From contig CAWJGT010000009.1 of NCBI GenBank assembly GCA_963842525.1, positions 928,001 through 992,000 on the forward strand: DNA of 64,000 bases, written 5' to 3'. The notes below the pieces were generated by a model. That model did not search any database and was not told where the DNA came from. It saw only the letters and a list, made by a program, of their open reading frames with translations. A program made the position numbers and the translations under genes. Source of the DNA: an uncultured Holophagales bacterium (GTDB taxonomy: Bacteria; Acidobacteriota; Thermoanaerobaculia; Multivoradales; UBA5704). This document shows positions 62,513 through 64,000 of this stretch, piece by piece (position 1 is the stretch's first letter; the number at the start of each line of letters is the position of its first letter).

Positions 62513-63421
62513 TTACGGGGGCGAGCCCGCTGCTTCGACGAGCAGCTCGGGCCGGCCGGAGGTGCGCAGCACCAGCTCGCGGCCGTAGGCCAGCTCGGCC
62601 TCCAGCTCCGGGATGGTGGGGCCGGCATCCGGCCACAGCCGTGCCGGCTCCTGGTGCCGGATGGCGCGCAGGTCGGGCACGCCCCAGGCGACGGGTTGAG
62701 TGGGAAGCCCGGGTGACCAGCGCACCCGGGCGGTGAGGTGCCAGCGCTGCCCCGCCAGCGGCGGGAACGTGCCGTTGGGCGGCGACGTGGCGATCGTGCC
62801 GGTGACGGTAGGCCAGGGGAGGAGCACGGTCACGCTGCCGCGGCGGTCGGCCAGGCCATACCAGCGGTCGCCCCCCTCCAGCTCCAGCTCCAGCAGCGCA
62901 TGCGCCGCCGGCGCCGGTGCACCATCCGGCCCGCTGCTGTCCGCGTCGGCGAGCTGGGCCCGCACCACGGCCAAGCCGGGGCCTGCCGGCCGGTTGGGGG
63001 ACGAGAACAGATAGCAGCGCGCCGATGCCGCGGACAGCGGGCTCGCATCGAGCCCGGGATTCCACGGGCCGCGGTAGGGGAGCGGCAGGTCCACCGCGAA
63101 CGCCACGGGCAGGAAGCGGCGCCGCGCGTCCTCGACGCTCACCAGGAAGCGCACCGAGAGCGGCTCCGGCGGGCTCGCCAGCAGCTCGGTATCATCGTCA
63201 GAGCGCTCCAGGGCGCGCAGGCCCGGCAGGCCGTGAAAGGCCCACAGCCCGCCGGCGGTGCGCACGGCCGTGCGCTCGGGCCCCACGCCGTCGGCGCGCC
63301 GCGCCCGCACCAGCAGGCTGTCGCGCACCTGCTCGTCGAGAGCGGGGTCCCAGAAGCGGATGCCCAGGAGCGTCCGTACGGTGAGCTCCTCCAGGACACG
63401 GACGTCGACCAGAGGCTCCAT
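62513..63421 (-). CDS. Conserved hypothetical eCIS protein (beta-sandwich-like)
   Basis: Clean ORF between the cap and sheath genes with tight spacing. Confidence 0.65.
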   Translation of the reverse strand: MEPLVDVRVLEELTVRTLLGIRFWDPALDEQVRDSLLVRARRADGVGPERTAVRTAGGLWAFHGLPGLRALERSDDDTELLASPPEPLSVRFLVSVEDARRRFLPVAFAVDLPLPYRGPWNPGLDASPLSAASARCYLFSSPNRPAGPGLAVVRAQLADADSSGPDGAPAPAAHALLELELEGGDRWYGLADRRGSVTVLLPWPTVTGTIATSPPNGTFPPLAGQRWHLTARVRWSPGLPTQPVAWGVPDLRAIRHQEPARLWPDAGPTIPELEAELAYGRELVLRTSGRPELLVEAAGSPP

Positions 63422-63422
63422 C

Positions 63423-64000
63423 TCAGGCCCTCTCAACAACGCCGTGGCGGAAGCGCCGTTCCTGGACCAGCGGCCGGTCGGCCGGCCCTGCGCCGGCCTC
63501 GCCCGTTGCCGTCTCGGTCTCCACCTGCTCCAGCCACACCGCCCGCGCCTGGTAGGGGACCGACAGGTGGTATTCGTTCTGCGCCAGGTTCTCCCACAGC
63601 CGCAGGAGGTCCTCGGTGGACAGCTCGGTGGGGGAGAGCTCCACCGTCTCCTCGGGCCGGAAGACGTCCGCGGTCACCCGGTTGAGCAGGCCGGCGGGCA
63701 GCACCGGGTGGTCCTCCAGGACGCGCATGGCCCAGCCGGCCACGCGGTGCTGGAGAGAGGCCTCGCGGCCCCAGAACGACAGCAGGAAGTGCAGATCAAG
63801 GGGGAGCTGGTGAGGCGCCTGCACCCCGCCCGGCCCCAGGCGGCCGGCCGGCAGGCGGTGGGTGCCATTGATGTAGACCCGGTAGAGGAAGAGCGACACC
63901 CCGGCGTTCAGCGGCTCTTCCTTGAGCTGCCGGGCGGTGAGCACCCGGAACTGCAGCTCGTGATCGTCGAGCTCCGCCGCAGCGGATTCGGAGCGCAGCA
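63423..64000 (-). CDS. DUF4255 / Pvc16-like cap protein (5'-truncated by the window edge)
   Basis: VSLFLYRV, LPLDLHFLL, LED.PVL, LSVPYQARAV. Confidence 0.88.
   Translation of the reverse strand, partial: LRSESAAAELDDHELQFRVLTARQLKEEPLNAGVSLFLYRVYINGTHRLPAGRLGPGGVQAPHQLPLDLHFLLSFWGREASLQHRVAGWAMRVLEDHPVLPAGLLNRVTADVFRPEETVELSPTELSTEDLLRLWENLAQNEYHLSVPYQARAVWLEQVETETATGEAGAGPADRPLVQERRFRHGVVERA

Overview
GC-rich bacterial DNA, probably Acidobacteriota (inferred from an ADOP-type permease, membrane-anchored CHAT proteins and REP-rich genes). Almost everything after 1.5 kb is on the minus strand. From right to left there are four blocks. (1) About 24.1-64 kb: an extracellular contractile injection system (eCIS) operon with cap, two sheaths, two tubes, tube initiator, hub/spike, gp25, baseplate J, wedge, two fibre-like proteins, AAA ATPase and a DUF4157 protein carrying an HNH-like motif. 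It continues, largely through overlapping start/stop codons, into a TPR gene and three glycosyltransferase/methyltransferase fusion genes. The structural proteins repeatedly carry a (G/A)SPP motif, which I propose is the modification site for that cassette. (2) 14.8-23.8 kb: a stand-alone condensation domain plus a two-module NRPS. (3) 9.9-14.6 kb: a di-haem cytochrome c and an ADOP permease. (4) 2.2-9.9 kb: an ECF sigma / zinc anti-sigma pair followed by two tandem modules of [conserved promoter-like motif, small peptide ORF, terminator, TPR-CHAT protease]. At the left end are an MNT/HEPN pair with a broken HEPN gene and a serine hydrolase with an in-frame TAG. At least three REP/REPIN palindrome families are inserted in-frame in proteins. 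About a dozen single-base frameshifts in otherwise intact genes suggest long-read consensus error, so several genes are reconstructed across ORF-track fragments. All calls come from reading motifs by eye; no database searches were run.
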